Source: Planctomycetota bacterium (lineage in GTDB: Bacteria > Planctomycetota > UBA1135 > UBA2386). Taken from it: a stretch of DNA of 64,000 bases. A model generated the notes under the pieces. It ran no database searches. It worked only from the letters and a program-made list of their open reading frames with translations, and had not been told where the DNA came from. Both the position numbers and the translations under genes were made by a program. This document shows positions 39,536 through 50,221 of this stretch, in pieces. Within the stretch, counting starts at the first letter, position 1. Every line of letters starts with the position of its first letter. The DNA is taken from positions 3,424,001 to 3,488,000 of the forward strand of contig JBKAGP010000001.1 of NCBI GenBank assembly GCA_046290465.1, written 5' to 3'.

Positions 39536-40848
39536 TGGTTGCCCCCCTGCTGGCCGTAGCAGCACATCGAGATCGACTGGTCGTTGCTGGCGCCGTAGCC
39601 GCCGTTGGCGAGCAGCTTGTCGGCGGGATCGGCAAGGTCGAAGACCTTGCCGCCGTCGACAAAGGTCTGCAGCACGCGCGTGTAGACCGACAGCGGGTCG
39701 CCGCTGAGCAGCACGAAGTCGGCGTCCTTGCCGACCTCGAGCGTGCCCACCCGGTCCTGCATGTCGAGCATGCGTGCGTTGGCGATCGTCACCGCCTCGA
39801 GCGCCTTCTGCCGGTCCATGCCCGCACGCACCGCGATCGCCGCCGAACGCAGGAACAGGCGGCTGTCGGTGATGCCGTCGTCGGTGTGGAAGCCGACCAG
39901 CGCGCCGGCGCGGTCGAGGATCGCGCCGGTCTCGAGCGACAGGCGCGCGGCCTCGAGCTTGCCGCCGGGAGAGTCGATCACGATCACCGAGCACGGCGCC
40001 TTCGCGGCGGCGATCTCGTCGGCGACCATCCAGCCCTCGCTGACGTGGTGCAGCACGACCCGGAAGCCGAACTCCTTCTGCAGCCGCAGCACCGTCAGGA
40101 TGTCGTCCTGGCGGTGCGTGTGGTGGTGCACGACGCGCTTGCCGTCCATCGCCTCGAGCAGCGCCTCGTAGGCAAGGCTGCGGTCCGGCATCTTGGCCGG
40201 ATCGCCGGCGGCCGCCTCGATCCGCCGACGGTAGTCGCGCGCGCGGTGGAACTGCATGCGCACCAGCGCCGCCGCCTTGCCGCGCGTGCCCGGGAACGGC
40301 GTCTTCTTCTGCGGGTTGGTGCCGTTGGCCATCTTGATGCCGCCGGCGATCGAACCGTCGGCGTTGCGCACCGCCAGTTCCTCGACCGTGTTCACGTCGC
40401 GCAGCTTCAGGTAGATCGTCTGGCCCGACAGCAGGTGGCCGGACCCGGGCATCACGTTGACCGTGGTGATGCCGCCGGCCTGCGCCTTCTGGATGCCGGG
40501 GTCGCGCGGGTTGATCGCGTCGAGCGCGCGCACCTCGGGCTGGATCGGCCCGCTGCCGTCGGCACCCGACACCGAACCGATGTGCGAATGGCTGCAGACC
40601 AGGCCGGGCATCAGCGTCTTGCCGCGGGCGTCGACGACGACCGCTTCGGCAGGAACCCGTACGTCTTCGTTCGCACCGACCGCGACGATCTTGCCGCGGT
40701 GCACGACCAGCGTTCCGTCCGAGATCGCCGCGCCTGCACAGGTCTCGATGCGAGCCCCTACGAACGCCTGCGGAGTGTCCTGGGCCACGACCCCGGACAC
40801 GGTGAGACCGGAGAACACCGCCGGCCACAGCCATCGCCGAATCATCAT
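39532..40848 (-). CDS. Amidohydrolase family protein, secreted
   Basis: MPGLVCSHSH, HHHTHR, FHTDD, GTLEVGKDADFVLLSGDPL. Confidence 0.9.
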   Translation of the reverse strand: MMIRRWLWPAVFSGLTVSGVVAQDTPQAFVGARIETCAGAAISDGTLVVHRGKIVAVGANEDVRVPAEAVVVDARGKTLMPGLVCSHSHIGSVSGADGSGPIQPEVRALDAINPRDPGIQKAQAGGITTVNVMPGSGHLLSGQTIYLKLRDVNTVEELAVRNADGSIAGGIKMANGTNPQKKTPFPGTRGKAAALVRMQFHRARDYRRRIEAAAGDPAKMPDRSLAYEALLEAMDGKRVVHHHTHRQDDILTVLRLQKEFGFRVVLHHVSEGWMVADEIAAAKAPCSVIVIDSPGGKLEAARLSLETGAILDRAGALVGFHTDDGITDSRLFLRSAAIAVRAGMDRQKALEAVTIANARMLDMQDRVGTLEVGKDADFVLLSGDPLSVYTRVLQTFVDGGKVFDLADPADKLLANGGYGASNDQSISMCCYGQQGGNQ

Positions 40849-40980
40849 CCCGACAGCCTACGGCTACCGACAAGGGCCCCTCAACAGCCAAGGGCGGAAC
40901 TGCCGATGCGACCGCTACCGCGAGGCGAACAGGACGCCGCGCAGAGAACCCCACCCAGGAGAGGTCTCATCGAGTCAGCC

Positions 40981-43401
40981 ATGTCGAAGCTCATCACGCC
41001 CACCCTTCTTCTCGTCGCCCTCGCAAGCTGCGGCGGCGGCTCCAGCACCGGCTCCGTGCAGGGCCTGCAGGCGCCAGAACAGGTCACCATCGTCGACGCC
41101 GCCGGCAGCACGCCCAGCACGCTGCTGCTGTCGAGCCAGCTGCTGCCGCTCGCTGGCAGCGACTACGAGACCGACCCGACGCGCTTCTGGGTCGAGGACA
41201 ACTCGATGCAGGCGCTCGACACGGTCAACATGATCCTCAACAGCCTGCAGCAGACCCGCTACTGGGAGCAGACCAACCTCGGCGCCTACCGCGCGCTGAT
41301 CGCCGACGAGAACCGCGGCGGCGGCGAAGGCCGCGGCAACAACGGCACCGAGTACGAGGAGTGGATCGTCAACTCGACGCGCGCCGACAACAGCGCGCCG
41401 CAGATCGTCAGCTTCTGGATCGAGCAGGACGACACGATGGGCAACCCGACCCCGTCGATCATCTACGGCCGCCTGACGGTCACCGCCGAGCCGAGCACCG
41501 ACCAGCCGCTCGGCCAGTTCACGCTCTACTTCAAGAACCTGTCGACCAGCGAGGCCTCGACCAGCACCGACACGAACTTCGAGGGCTACCTGCGCACCGT
41601 CGCACGCAACGACAGCCAGAGCGAACTCGAGTTCTACATGTCGCACGGGGACGTCGACACCACCCCGGCGCTCAACGAGTACGCCATGCGCGACCGCGTG
41701 CACGTGATCGGCAACCCTGGGGCCGACAGCGGCCGCGCCTACACGGAGTCGGTGTTCAAGATGAACAACGGCTCGGTGTTCACCGAGGAAGGCGAGTACC
41801 AGATCGAGTTCAACGCGGACTACCTGGCGCGACGCGACGTCACCAACTCCAACACGCTGTCGGTGCTCGACCGCAACGACTACAACACGCGCGTCTACCG
41901 GTACGGCGTCTACGACGCGACCACCGAAGAGCGCATCGAGCAGCTGTCGGGCTTCCCGGTCGAGGACGAGAACGGCGAGAACGGCTGGGCCGGCTACTAC
42001 GGCATCTGGTTCCCGGAGGGCACCACGCTGACCAACGGCCAGACGATCCTGCGCCGTTCGTTCGAGACCAACTCGACGACGCCGTACACGCTGTTCGTCG
42101 CCCCCGGTCGCCTCGAGAAGCGCACCCGCTCGTCGCTCGTCTGGGGCGACATCATCGACGAGGTCATGGAGTACTTCGACCCGACCTCGGGTGAGGACCT
42201 GCAGGTGATGTGGACCGGCCAGGACTTCGTCAAGGTCGGCACCCGCAGCGGCAACGGCTACACGCAGATCAGCCCCGCGGTCAGCATCGCGTCGTCGTTC
42301 TCGACCGGCCAGTGGGTGTCGTGCTGGAGCAGCGCGCGCGGCCAGGTCGAGTTCACCTGGCCGGCCGTGCCGGGCAACACCGAGGCCGCCTACGTGTGGC
42401 AGAACACGACCATCAACGCCGACTCGGCGGAACTCGCCAGCGGCGACCTGACGCTCTACGGCTACTTCAACATGCTGCGGGCGAACATCACGCAGAACCA
42501 GGCCAACTTCCAGAGCAGCGAGACCCCGTACCTGCCCGACGCCACCGGCGTCAGCACCGGCAACACGGTCTACACGTTCGACAAGTCGTCGCTGCTGCTC
42601 AAGATCGGCGCCGACCCGGTCAACCTCGCCGGCGGCGTCACGATCACGCAGGGCCCCGGCATGTTCGGCCTCAACTGCGGCCCGCTGTTCGACACCGCGC
42701 TGACGTCGTTCAACGACATCGGCCAGCGCGACACCACCTACCAGTGGTACATCGGCTCCAACTCGTGGAACCAGTTGCGCACGCTCAAGGACGCGAACGA
42801 CAACTTCGTCAACTTCGATCCGCCGATCGTGATGACCTACACGCACGACGAGACCGGCTCGCCGTACGACGACCGCAGCTTCTTCCTCGAGTGGGACGGT
42901 CAGTGGCTCGGCGGCATCCCGCACGAGCAGGACACCAACACCAACAACTACTACCCGGTGTTCAACATCCCGACCGGAACGACGATCGCCGTCGGCCAGA
43001 ACACCTACAAGATCAAGCAGCTGGAAGGCGAGCAGACGATGGTCGCGGTCGGCAGCCCGAGCACGGTCTACGCCGCGCAGGGCTTCGACATCGACGGCAC
43101 CCCGATCACCGCCCCGACGGCGACGCCGTACGAGGATCCGGCGATCGGCGAACGCCCGGTGGTGACCGACGCGCCGAAGTACGTCGGCGGCGTCGACCAG
43201 ACGGGCGACAACTCGCCGCCGTCTAGCGCCGGATCTCGCGCAGCAGGCGCCTGGCGTCGTAGACCTTGCGCAGCGCCTCGACGATGCCCTGCGGGTGCAC
43301 ACAGACGCTGCGCTCGACGCGCTCGCCGTAGAGGAACTCGTTGGCCATCGACTCGATGTTGCCGTCGAACAACAAGCCGACCAGTTCGAGCCGGGCGTTG
43401 A
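40981..43401 (+). CDS. Large hypothetical lipoprotein (T/N/Y-rich, beta-rich)
   Basis: Lipobox LASC-GGG; strong coding bias to ~43210; the final ~60 codons overlap the convergent S46 gene and look non-coding. Confidence 0.8.
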   Translation: MSKLITPTLLLVALASCGGGSSTGSVQGLQAPEQVTIVDAAGSTPSTLLLSSQLLPLAGSDYETDPTRFWVEDNSMQALDTVNMILNSLQQTRYWEQTNLGAYRALIADENRGGGEGRGNNGTEYEEWIVNSTRADNSAPQIVSFWIEQDDTMGNPTPSIIYGRLTVTAEPSTDQPLGQFTLYFKNLSTSEASTSTDTNFEGYLRTVARNDSQSELEFYMSHGDVDTTPALNEYAMRDRVHVIGNPGADSGRAYTESVFKMNNGSVFTEEGEYQIEFNADYLARRDVTNSNTLSVLDRNDYNTRVYRYGVYDATTEERIEQLSGFPVEDENGENGWAGYYGIWFPEGTTLTNGQTILRRSFETNSTTPYTLFVAPGRLEKRTRSSLVWGDIIDEVMEYFDPTSGEDLQVMWTGQDFVKVGTRSGNGYTQISPAVSIASSFSTGQWVSCWSSARGQVEFTWPAVPGNTEAAYVWQNTTINADSAELASGDLTLYGYFNMLRANITQNQANFQSSETPYLPDATGVSTGNTVYTFDKSSLLLKIGADPVNLAGGVTITQGPGMFGLNCGPLFDTALTSFNDIGQRDTTYQWYIGSNSWNQLRTLKDANDNFVNFDPPIVMTYTHDETGSPYDDRSFFLEWDGQWLGGIPHEQDTNTNNYYPVFNIPTGTTIAVGQNTYKIKQLEGEQTMVAVGSPSTVYAAQGFDIDGTPITAPTATPYEDPAIGERPVVTDAPKYVGGVDQTGDNSPPSSAGSRAAGAWRRRPCAAPRRCPAGAHRRCARRARRRGTRWPSTRCCRRTTSRPVRAGR

Positions 43402-45259
43402 CGACCGGGCTGCCGGAGTTGCCGCCGGTCGAGTCGACCGTGCAGACGAAGTCGACCGGCGCCTGCATGTCGATCCGGTCGCGCGCCAGCAGCCACGGCT
43501 CCGGCAGGTCGAACGGGTGCACGCCGTCGAACTCGACGTTGCGCGCGAACATGCCGTGGAACACCGTGCGCCACGGCGCCAGGCTGCCGTTGTACTCGTA
43601 GCCAGCCACGCGGCCGTCGCTGAAGCGCAGCGTGAAGGTCGCGTCGGGCGAGACCTGGTCGCCGTAGACGGCGAACAGCAGCCGGCCGAGGCGGGCACCG
43701 AGCGCCGCCTCGGCCGCCTCGATCTCGCGCTTGCGCGCCTTGTTGGCCGCGGCCAGCGGCCGGATCGCGGCCGCTGCCTGCAGCGCCGCGTCCTGCGACG
43801 CGACGATGGCGTCCTTACCGCCTTCCAGCAGCTCTTCGAGGTAGCGATCGTCGCCGAGGCGGCTCTGCTGCAGCAGGAGCACGACCGCGCCCTTCGGGTC
43901 GCGATCGCCGAGCAGCGCGGCGAGGTACGGGTCCGACTCCGGCAGGTGCCCGCGCGCCCGCGCCAGGTGATCGGCGAACAGCGCCTCCTGCACCGGATCG
44001 CGGCGGCAGTCGGTGTCGCGCGCCCACGCGGCCGCCGCCGGATCGCCGGTCTCGGCGAACTCCAGCAGGTACAGCGCCCGCAGCAGCAGCGGCATGCCGC
44101 CGGCGGAGTGGAAGCTCAGCGGCGCCTCGAGCGCGACCTTCTTCTCCATCAACGCCGCCAGCTGCGACCAGATCTCGAGCTCGCCGGCGTGGCCGCTCGC
44201 CTCGGCCCGGCGCTGGAACGCGCGCTCGGCGCGATCCTTGCGCGCCATGAAGCCGGGGTCGTTGAGCGCGCCGTGCTCGCCGCGGTAGAGCTTCTGCCCG
44301 TTCTCGAGGCCGAGGATCGACGTGCGCAGCGCCTTCTCGATCCGCGGGTCCTTCTCGCTGAACTCGCGCAGGATCGCGATGCGGTTGTCGATCAGCTCGC
44401 GCACGCGCGGGTAGCGGGCGTCGCGCTGGTACTCGAGCTGCGCCTTGGTCAGCAGCCGCGAGGTGCCGCCCGGATTGCCGGTCAGCAGCACCAGCTCGCC
44501 GGCCTTCGGGCCGTCGCCCCACGTGAAGTGGTAAGCGCTGGTGTCGGCAGGCTTGCCGTCGACGTAGGCGCGGCAGAACGCGAAGTCGACCGCGTAGCGC
44601 GGGTAGACGAAGTTGTCCGGGTCGCCGCCGAAGTGCGCCACCTGCAGGTGCGGCGCCATCACCAGCCGGATGTCGTCGAACACGCGGTACTGGTAGAGCT
44701 GCCAGACGCCGCCCTGGAACAGCTTGACCAGCTGCGGCGCCAGCTGCGGGTCGCGCGCCTTGGCGGCGGCCAGCACGCGCTTGCGGTTGTCGGCGCGACG
44801 CGCTTCGGCCTCGGCAGCAGACATGCCCGCGGTGACGCCGTCGTCGACCTCGACGGTGACGTCGCGCATCGACACCAGCTGCTGCACGGTCAGGCCTTCG
44901 AGCCGGACCTCGTCGGTGAGCTCGTCGGCGACGTAGCCGTTCTTGACCCAGTCGTCCTCACGCTGCGCCTCGGCGATCGCGTCGCGCGCACAGTGGTGGT
45001 TGGTCAGGATCAGACCGTTGGGCGACACGAACGACGCCGAGCAACCGCGACCGAACCGGAGCGACGCCAGCCGCATGCGGTTCCACCACGCCTCGTCGGC
45101 CTTCAGGCCGTACTCGCGCTCGAGGTAGGCCAGCGGCGGACGTTCGAACGTCCACATCTTGCCGAGGCCGAGCTCGTCCTGCGCAGCGACGGGCGCCGCC
45201 AGCGCGAGCAGGGAGACCAGCGCGAGCAGGGAGAACAGAACACCGATCGTACGCTTCAT
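43223..45259 (-). CDS. S46 family dipeptidyl-peptidase
   Basis: GKMWTF, CSASFVSPNGLILTNHHC, FGGDPDNF, PDATFTLR, DSTGGNSGS. Confidence 0.92.
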   Translation of the reverse strand: MKRTIGVLFSLLALVSLLALAAPVAAQDELGLGKMWTFERPPLAYLEREYGLKADEAWWNRMRLASLRFGRGCSASFVSPNGLILTNHHCARDAIAEAQREDDWVKNGYVADELTDEVRLEGLTVQQLVSMRDVTVEVDDGVTAGMSAAEAEARRADNRKRVLAAAKARDPQLAPQLVKLFQGGVWQLYQYRVFDDIRLVMAPHLQVAHFGGDPDNFVYPRYAVDFAFCRAYVDGKPADTSAYHFTWGDGPKAGELVLLTGNPGGTSRLLTKAQLEYQRDARYPRVRELIDNRIAILREFSEKDPRIEKALRTSILGLENGQKLYRGEHGALNDPGFMARKDRAERAFQRRAEASGHAGELEIWSQLAALMEKKVALEAPLSFHSAGGMPLLLRALYLLEFAETGDPAAAAWARDTDCRRDPVQEALFADHLARARGHLPESDPYLAALLGDRDPKGAVVLLLQQSRLGDDRYLEELLEGGKDAIVASQDAALQAAAAIRPLAAANKARKREIEAAEAALGARLGRLLFAVYGDQVSPDATFTLRFSDGRVAGYEYNGSLAPWRTVFHGMFARNVEFDGVHPFDLPEPWLLARDRIDMQAPVDFVCTVDSTGGNSGSPVVNARLELVGLLFDGNIESMANEFLYGERVERSVCVHPQGIVEALRKVYDARRLLREIRR

Positions 45260-45275
45260 CACAGTCCGTCTGGCT

Positions 45276-46403
45276 CTACTTGCCGGAGGTTCGCTTCTGC
45301 CGTTCGTGCCACGTGGCCAGCAGCTCCTTCTCGCGCTCCGGACGCATGCCCGAACGCAGCGGCTTGTCGCCACGCTCGGCCTTGGCCCATTCCAGGGTGT
45401 CACGGATCGTGTCCGCGATCGGCCGGAACTTCAGCCCCTTTTCCATCGCCTTGCCGTTCTGCACCATGCGGCGGCCCGCACGAGGGATCCACAGCGGCAT
45501 CTCCGAGTAGGGCCGGACGCCGTGTTCGGCGAGGAACTCCTCGTCGACCCAGGTCAGCCGGACGTCGCTCGCGGTCGCGCACTTGCACGCCGACAGGACC
45601 TCAGAGAGCGCCGTGCGTCCGGCGAAGCCGACCGCGTTGTAGACGCCGGTGACGTTCTGCTCGATGCAGTGCAGCATCCAGTCGGCGAGATCGCGTACGT
45701 CGACGAACTGCGAATGGCCGTCGACGTCACCGGGGCACAGCACCTCGCCGCCCCGGTCGATGCGCCACGGCCAGTAGGTGAAGCGATCGCTGCGGTCCAT
45801 CGGGCCGACGATCAGCCCCGGGCGCACGTTCGACACGCGGCCGGGCATCTCCTTCTCGGCGGCCGCCTCGCACAGCGCCTTCATCGCGCCGTAGTGCCGG
45901 AACGACTGCCGGATCGTCTTGACCTCGTCGATCACCTGCTGCGAGACCGTCGTCGTCGCGGCGTCCTCGTCGACCCGTTCGGGCCGCTGGTCGAACGCGC
46001 CGTAGACCGAGATCGTGCTGATGAACTGGTAGTGGCCGACGTGGTCCTTCAGGATCGACGCCGCCTGCTGCACGTGCGCCGGCACGTAGCCGGAGGTGTC
46101 GAGCACGGCGTCCCACTTGCGTCCCTTCAGCGGCTCGAGCTCCTGCTTGTCGCGGTCTCCGCGCAGCTGCTCGAGGTCCCGGAACAACTCCGGGTTGGTG
46201 CGGCCGCGGTTGAACAGCGTGATCTCGTGGCCGCGCGCCCGCGCCGCGCGCACGAAGTGCGGCCCGAGGAAGGCGGTCCCGCCGAGCACCAGGATCTTCA
46301 TCGGTGCGCCGGTGCGGGCCGGAGCGGCAGAACGGGCCGCGAGCGGGAATGCCGCCCCAGCCGCGGCAACGGACGAGAGGAACGTGCGGCGCGTGGTTGC
46401 CAT
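45276..46403 (-). CDS. NAD-dependent epimerase/dehydratase family protein with Tat signal
   Basis: TRRTFL; LGGTAFLG; YGAMK; RPGLIVGP. Confidence 0.88.
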   Translation of the reverse strand: MATTRRTFLSSVAAAGAAFPLAARSAAPARTGAPMKILVLGGTAFLGPHFVRAARARGHEITLFNRGRTNPELFRDLEQLRGDRDKQELEPLKGRKWDAVLDTSGYVPAHVQQAASILKDHVGHYQFISTISVYGAFDQRPERVDEDAATTTVSQQVIDEVKTIRQSFRHYGAMKALCEAAAEKEMPGRVSNVRPGLIVGPMDRSDRFTYWPWRIDRGGEVLCPGDVDGHSQFVDVRDLADWMLHCIEQNVTGVYNAVGFAGRTALSEVLSACKCATASDVRLTWVDEEFLAEHGVRPYSEMPLWIPRAGRRMVQNGKAMEKGLKFRPIADTIRDTLEWAKAERGDKPLRSGMRPEREKELLATWHERQKRTSGK

Positions 46404-46457
46404 GGACGGATCCTACGGCTGGCTCCGCCGCGTCGTTGGCGCGAAGATCGCCTTGTC

Positions 46458-47276
46458 ATGACAGAGCGCGAATACGTTCTCGGGACCGGCCAGGACGAGC
46501 TGGCGCGGCTGGCGCTGCAAAACCGGCTGTGGTCGGACACCGCGGTCGACGCTTGGCGGCGCGCCGGTCTGCGGCTCGGCCAGCGCGTGCTCGACGTCGG
46601 CTGCGGGCCCGGCTACGCCTCGTTCGACCTGGCCCACCTGGTGACGCCGTCGGGCGCGGTCGTCGGCATCGACGAGTCGCGCGCGTTCGTCGACGACGCC
46701 AACGAGATGGCGCGGGCCCGCCGCGTCGAACACTTCGAGGCGCGCACCGGCGACGTGCAGCGACTCGGCGAGACGCTCGGCGACGACGAGACGTTCGACT
46801 TCGCCTATGCGCGCTGGGTGCTGTGCTTCGTGCCCGATCCCGGCGCGGTCGTCGCCGGCATCGCTCGCGCGCTGCGTCCGGGCGGCCGGCTGGTCGTGCA
46901 CGACTACTTCAACTACGGCTCGATGACGATGGCGCCGCGGCGGCGCAGCCACGACCTCGCGGTCGAAGCCACGATCCGCTCGTGGCGCGGCCACGGCGGC
47001 GACCCGGACGTCGGGCAGCGGCTGCCGGCGCTGTTCGCCGAACACGGCCTGCAGCTCGACGAGGTGCGCGCGCACGTGCGCGTCGCACGCGGCAGCGACA
47101 GCATGTTCGCCTGGCCCGATACCTGGTGGCGCACGTTCGGGCCGAAGCTCGTCGAGATGGGCGAACTGCGGCAGCAGGACTGCGACGAGTTGCTCGCCGA
47201 CCTGGAGCGCATCGCCGCGGGCGAAGGCTTCCTGCAGTGCCCGCCGGTCTACGAGTTCATCGCGACGCGGTCCTGA
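46458..47276 (+). CDS. Class I SAM-dependent methyltransferase
   Basis: VLDVGCGPG, FDFAYARWVL, LRPGG. Confidence 0.9.
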   Translation: MTEREYVLGTGQDELARLALQNRLWSDTAVDAWRRAGLRLGQRVLDVGCGPGYASFDLAHLVTPSGAVVGIDESRAFVDDANEMARARRVEHFEARTGDVQRLGETLGDDETFDFAYARWVLCFVPDPGAVVAGIARALRPGGRLVVHDYFNYGSMTMAPRRRSHDLAVEATIRSWRGHGGDPDVGQRLPALFAEHGLQLDEVRAHVRVARGSDSMFAWPDTWWRTFGPKLVEMGELRQQDCDELLADLERIAAGEGFLQCPPVYEFIATRS

Positions 47277-47324
47277 GCGGACCAGTTGCTGATCGGGCCA
47301 AAGGGTGATCAGGCCAGCGGGTGA

Positions 47325-48665
47325 TCAGGCCAGCGGCAGCGGCTCGCGGCTGTCGGCGAACGACTCGGCGCGCACGCCCATTGCGCGGACGACCGACAGG
47401 TAGAGGTCGGCCATCGGCGTCTTCTGCGGCACGCGCACGTGGCGGCGGCCGCGCGCAGCACCGCCGCCCTCGCCGAGCAGCAGCATCGGCAGGTCGTCGT
47501 GGTTGTGGCGGTTGCCGTCCCCGATCCCCGAACCGAACAGCACCATGCAGTCGTGCAGCAGGTCGTGCTCGCCCGAACGTTCTCGCTGCAGGCGCGCCGC
47601 GAAGCCGGCCAGCTGCTCGACCTGGAAGCGATCGATGCGGCCGATCTTGTCGCGCTTGGCCTCGAGCTTGCCGTGGTGGCTCAGCGTGTGGTGGCCCTCC
47701 GGCACGCCGAGGAACCGGTAGCTGCGGTTGCTGCCGCCGTTGCCGAGCATCAGCGTGACGACGCGCGTGCGCTCGGTCGCGAACGCCAGCACGACCAGTT
47801 CGTACATCAACTGCAGCTGCCGTTGGTGCGTGCCGCCCGCGTCCAGCAGGCCGTCGGGCACGTCGGCGAGCACCTCGTCCTGCTCCTGGTCCGCCTGCAC
47901 CAGCCGCCGCTCGAGGTCGCGCACCGAGTCGAGGTACTGCGAGAGCTTGCGCCGGTCCGCCCCACCGAGCTCCTTGGCCAGCGACTTCGCGTCGGCGTGC
48001 ACCAGGTCGAGGATCGAGCGCTGCTGTTCGCGCCGCAGGCGCCGCTGCTCTTGGTCCTGGGCCGACTCCGGGTCGCCGAACATGCGCGCGAACACCGCGC
48101 GCGGATCGGTCTCCTTGGCGACCGGCCGGTCCGGCGCGCTCCAGCTGACGTTGTTGCTGTAGGCGCACGAGTAACCCGAGTCGCAGACGCCGGCCGAGCG
48201 ACCGCGCTCCATGCCCAGCTCCAGCGACGCGAACGGCTCGTCGCCGGCGACGCCGCGCGCGATCTGCTGGTCGACCGAGACGCCGGCGCGGATGTCGGCA
48301 CCGCCGGTCTTGCGCGGGTGCGCGCAGGTCAAGAACGACGCCGCCGAACGCGCGTGGTCGCCCGGACCGTCGCCGTGCGACCAGCCGCCGCGGATCTCGA
48401 GGCCCGAGAACACCGTGGTGCGCGCCGCGAACGGCTCGAGGGCCGCCATCGTCGGCCCGAACTTCGCGTCCGCGCCCTCACCCTGCGGCCGCCAGCGGTC
48501 CATGTTCATGCCGTTGGGCGAGAACACGAACACGGCCTTGGGCTTGCCGGCCGGCGGCGGCGACAGCGCCGGCAGCATCGCATCGAGCCACGGCAGCGCC
48601 ATGCAGGCGGCGCCGCCACGCAGCAGCGTGCGGCGATCGAGGGCGACGCGACGGAGGTTGGGCAT
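47325..48665 (-). CDS. DUF1552 (HXXSHH) domain protein
   Basis: RRTLLRG...LPWLDAM, CDSGYSCAY, HHTLSHH, DGNRHNHDDLP. Confidence 0.9.
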   Translation of the reverse strand: MPNLRRVALDRRTLLRGGAACMALPWLDAMLPALSPPPAGKPKAVFVFSPNGMNMDRWRPQGEGADAKFGPTMAALEPFAARTTVFSGLEIRGGWSHGDGPGDHARSAASFLTCAHPRKTGGADIRAGVSVDQQIARGVAGDEPFASLELGMERGRSAGVCDSGYSCAYSNNVSWSAPDRPVAKETDPRAVFARMFGDPESAQDQEQRRLRREQQRSILDLVHADAKSLAKELGGADRRKLSQYLDSVRDLERRLVQADQEQDEVLADVPDGLLDAGGTHQRQLQLMYELVVLAFATERTRVVTLMLGNGGSNRSYRFLGVPEGHHTLSHHGKLEAKRDKIGRIDRFQVEQLAGFAARLQRERSGEHDLLHDCMVLFGSGIGDGNRHNHDDLPMLLLGEGGGAARGRRHVRVPQKTPMADLYLSVVRAMGVRAESFADSREPLPLA

Positions 48666-48727
48666 GGGCCGCAATGATCCCCGATGCGGCCGGCGAGGCG
48701 TAGCCCCACCTGCCCTTCGCCGACGGA

Positions 48728-49156
48728 TCAGAGGTTGATCGTGAAGACTGCGGTCTCGCCCGAGGGCAGTCCGTCGACCTTGAAGTCGCGGATCTCGACC
48801 GGATAGTTGCCCTTCGGCAGCGACTCCCCGGCCTCGAACAGCCAGCGCAGGTCCAGCTTGTTGGCCGGCTGGATCACCGCCGGGGCGTTGCGACGCGGCG
48901 GGTTGGGCGACACTTCGCGGTCATCGCTGACGATCAGGCGCACGGTGCCGTATTCGAACGACACGGCCTTGTCGTGGTCGTTCCAGATGCGCAGCCGGCA
49001 GTCGATGCGGCCGCGCTTCTGCTTGACGCGCGTCACGTCGACGCGCAGCCCGGCGGTCTCGACCTGCGGCGGCTGGGCGACGCGGCAACCGCCGGCGACG
49101 GCGAGTGACAGCAGGACGACGGGGATTCCCCAGTTGGAACGGCTTCGCGTGGGCAT
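48728..49156 (-). CDS. Small hypothetical lipoprotein
   Basis: Real coding tail of a long shadow ORF; hydrophobic signal ending VAGGC. Confidence 0.65.
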   Translation of the reverse strand: MPTRSRSNWGIPVVLLSLAVAGGCRVAQPPQVETAGLRVDVTRVKQKRGRIDCRLRIWNDHDKAVSFEYGTVRLIVSDDREVSPNPPRRNAPAVIQPANKLDLRWLFEAGESLPKGNYPVEIRDFKVDGLPSGETAVFTINL

Positions 49157-49255
49157 GTTGGTTGAGTGTGCGGATCGGGCCGCGGCATGCAACAACGAGC
49201 CGGCGCGGCCTACGTTGCTTGACGTCGTCGAAGTTCGGCGAATGATGCGAGCCAC

Positions 49256-49990
49256 ATGAGCACCCCCGCCTCCGAGCGCCGCGCCCTCGTCACCGGCGGC
49301 AGCCGCGGCATCGGCGCCGCCGTCTGCGTCGAGCTGGCCCGCATGGGCCACCCGGTCATCGTCAACTACCAGCGCAACGCCGACGCCGCCGAACAGGTCG
49401 TCGCCCGCATCCGCGAGGCCGGCGGAGAGGCCCAGGCAGCCGGCTTCGACGTCGCCGACCGGACGGCGACCAAGGCCGCGCTCGACGAGCTGCTGCAGGA
49501 TCCGCGCCCGATCTCGGTGATCGTCAACAACGCCGGCATCGTTCGGGACGCGCCGCTGCCGGCGATGAACCCCGAGCAGTGGGACGACGTCATCGCGACC
49601 AGCCTCGGCGGCTTCTACAACGTCACCCAGCCGCTGATCATGCAGATGGTGCAGAAGCGCTGGGGCCGCGTCGTCAACATGTCGTCGGTGTCGGCGATCA
49701 AGGGCAACCGCGGCCAGACCAACTACGCCGCGGCCAAGGCCGGCATCCTCGGCGCGACCAGATCGCTCGCGATCGAGATGGCCAAGCGCAACATCACCGT
49801 CAACGCGGTCGCGCCGGGACTGGTCGAGACCGACATGACCAGCGACGTGCCGGACTTCGTGCAGAAGATGATCCCGATGCAGCGCATGGGCCGCAGCGAA
49901 GAGGTCGCGTCGGTGGTCGGCTTCCTGTGTTCCGAAGCCGCGAGCTACGTGACCGGCCAGGTGATCGGCGTCGACGGCGGCTTCCTGTAG
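49256..49990 (+). CDS. fabG: 3-oxoacyl-ACP reductase (SDR)
   Basis: [31 protein letters not shown]. Confidence 0.88.
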   Translation: MSTPASERRALVTGGSRGIGAAVCVELARMGHPVIVNYQRNADAAEQVVARIREAGGEAQAAGFDVADRTATKAALDELLQDPRPISVIVNNAGIVRDAPLPAMNPEQWDDVIATSLGGFYNVTQPLIMQMVQKRWGRVVNMSSVSAIKGNRGQTNYAAAKAGILGATRSLAIEMAKRNITVNAVAPGLVETDMTSDVPDFVQKMIPMQRMGRSEEVASVVGFLCSEAASYVTGQVIGVDGGFL

Positions 49991-50221
49991 CGCCGTATCG
50001 GTCCCGACGGTGGACCGATGCGCACGGCGAACGTGCGTACGCGCACACATCGACGTGCGCGTGCGAACGATCGCATCGATCGCGCGACCGCCCGCAGGAG
50101 CGGCGAAGGAATCCTGCATCCGCGAGGACGAGGTCGCGAACAGCGCGGTCGCATGGCGAGTGATGTCGTCCATGCATGCCCCCTCGAACCCCGTCACCAC
50201 CACCAGACACCCCTCGCACCG

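Noticed and set aside
49256..49990. Aryl-polyene or PKS cluster around fabG
   Set aside because: No ACP, ketosynthase or dehydratase genes adjacent
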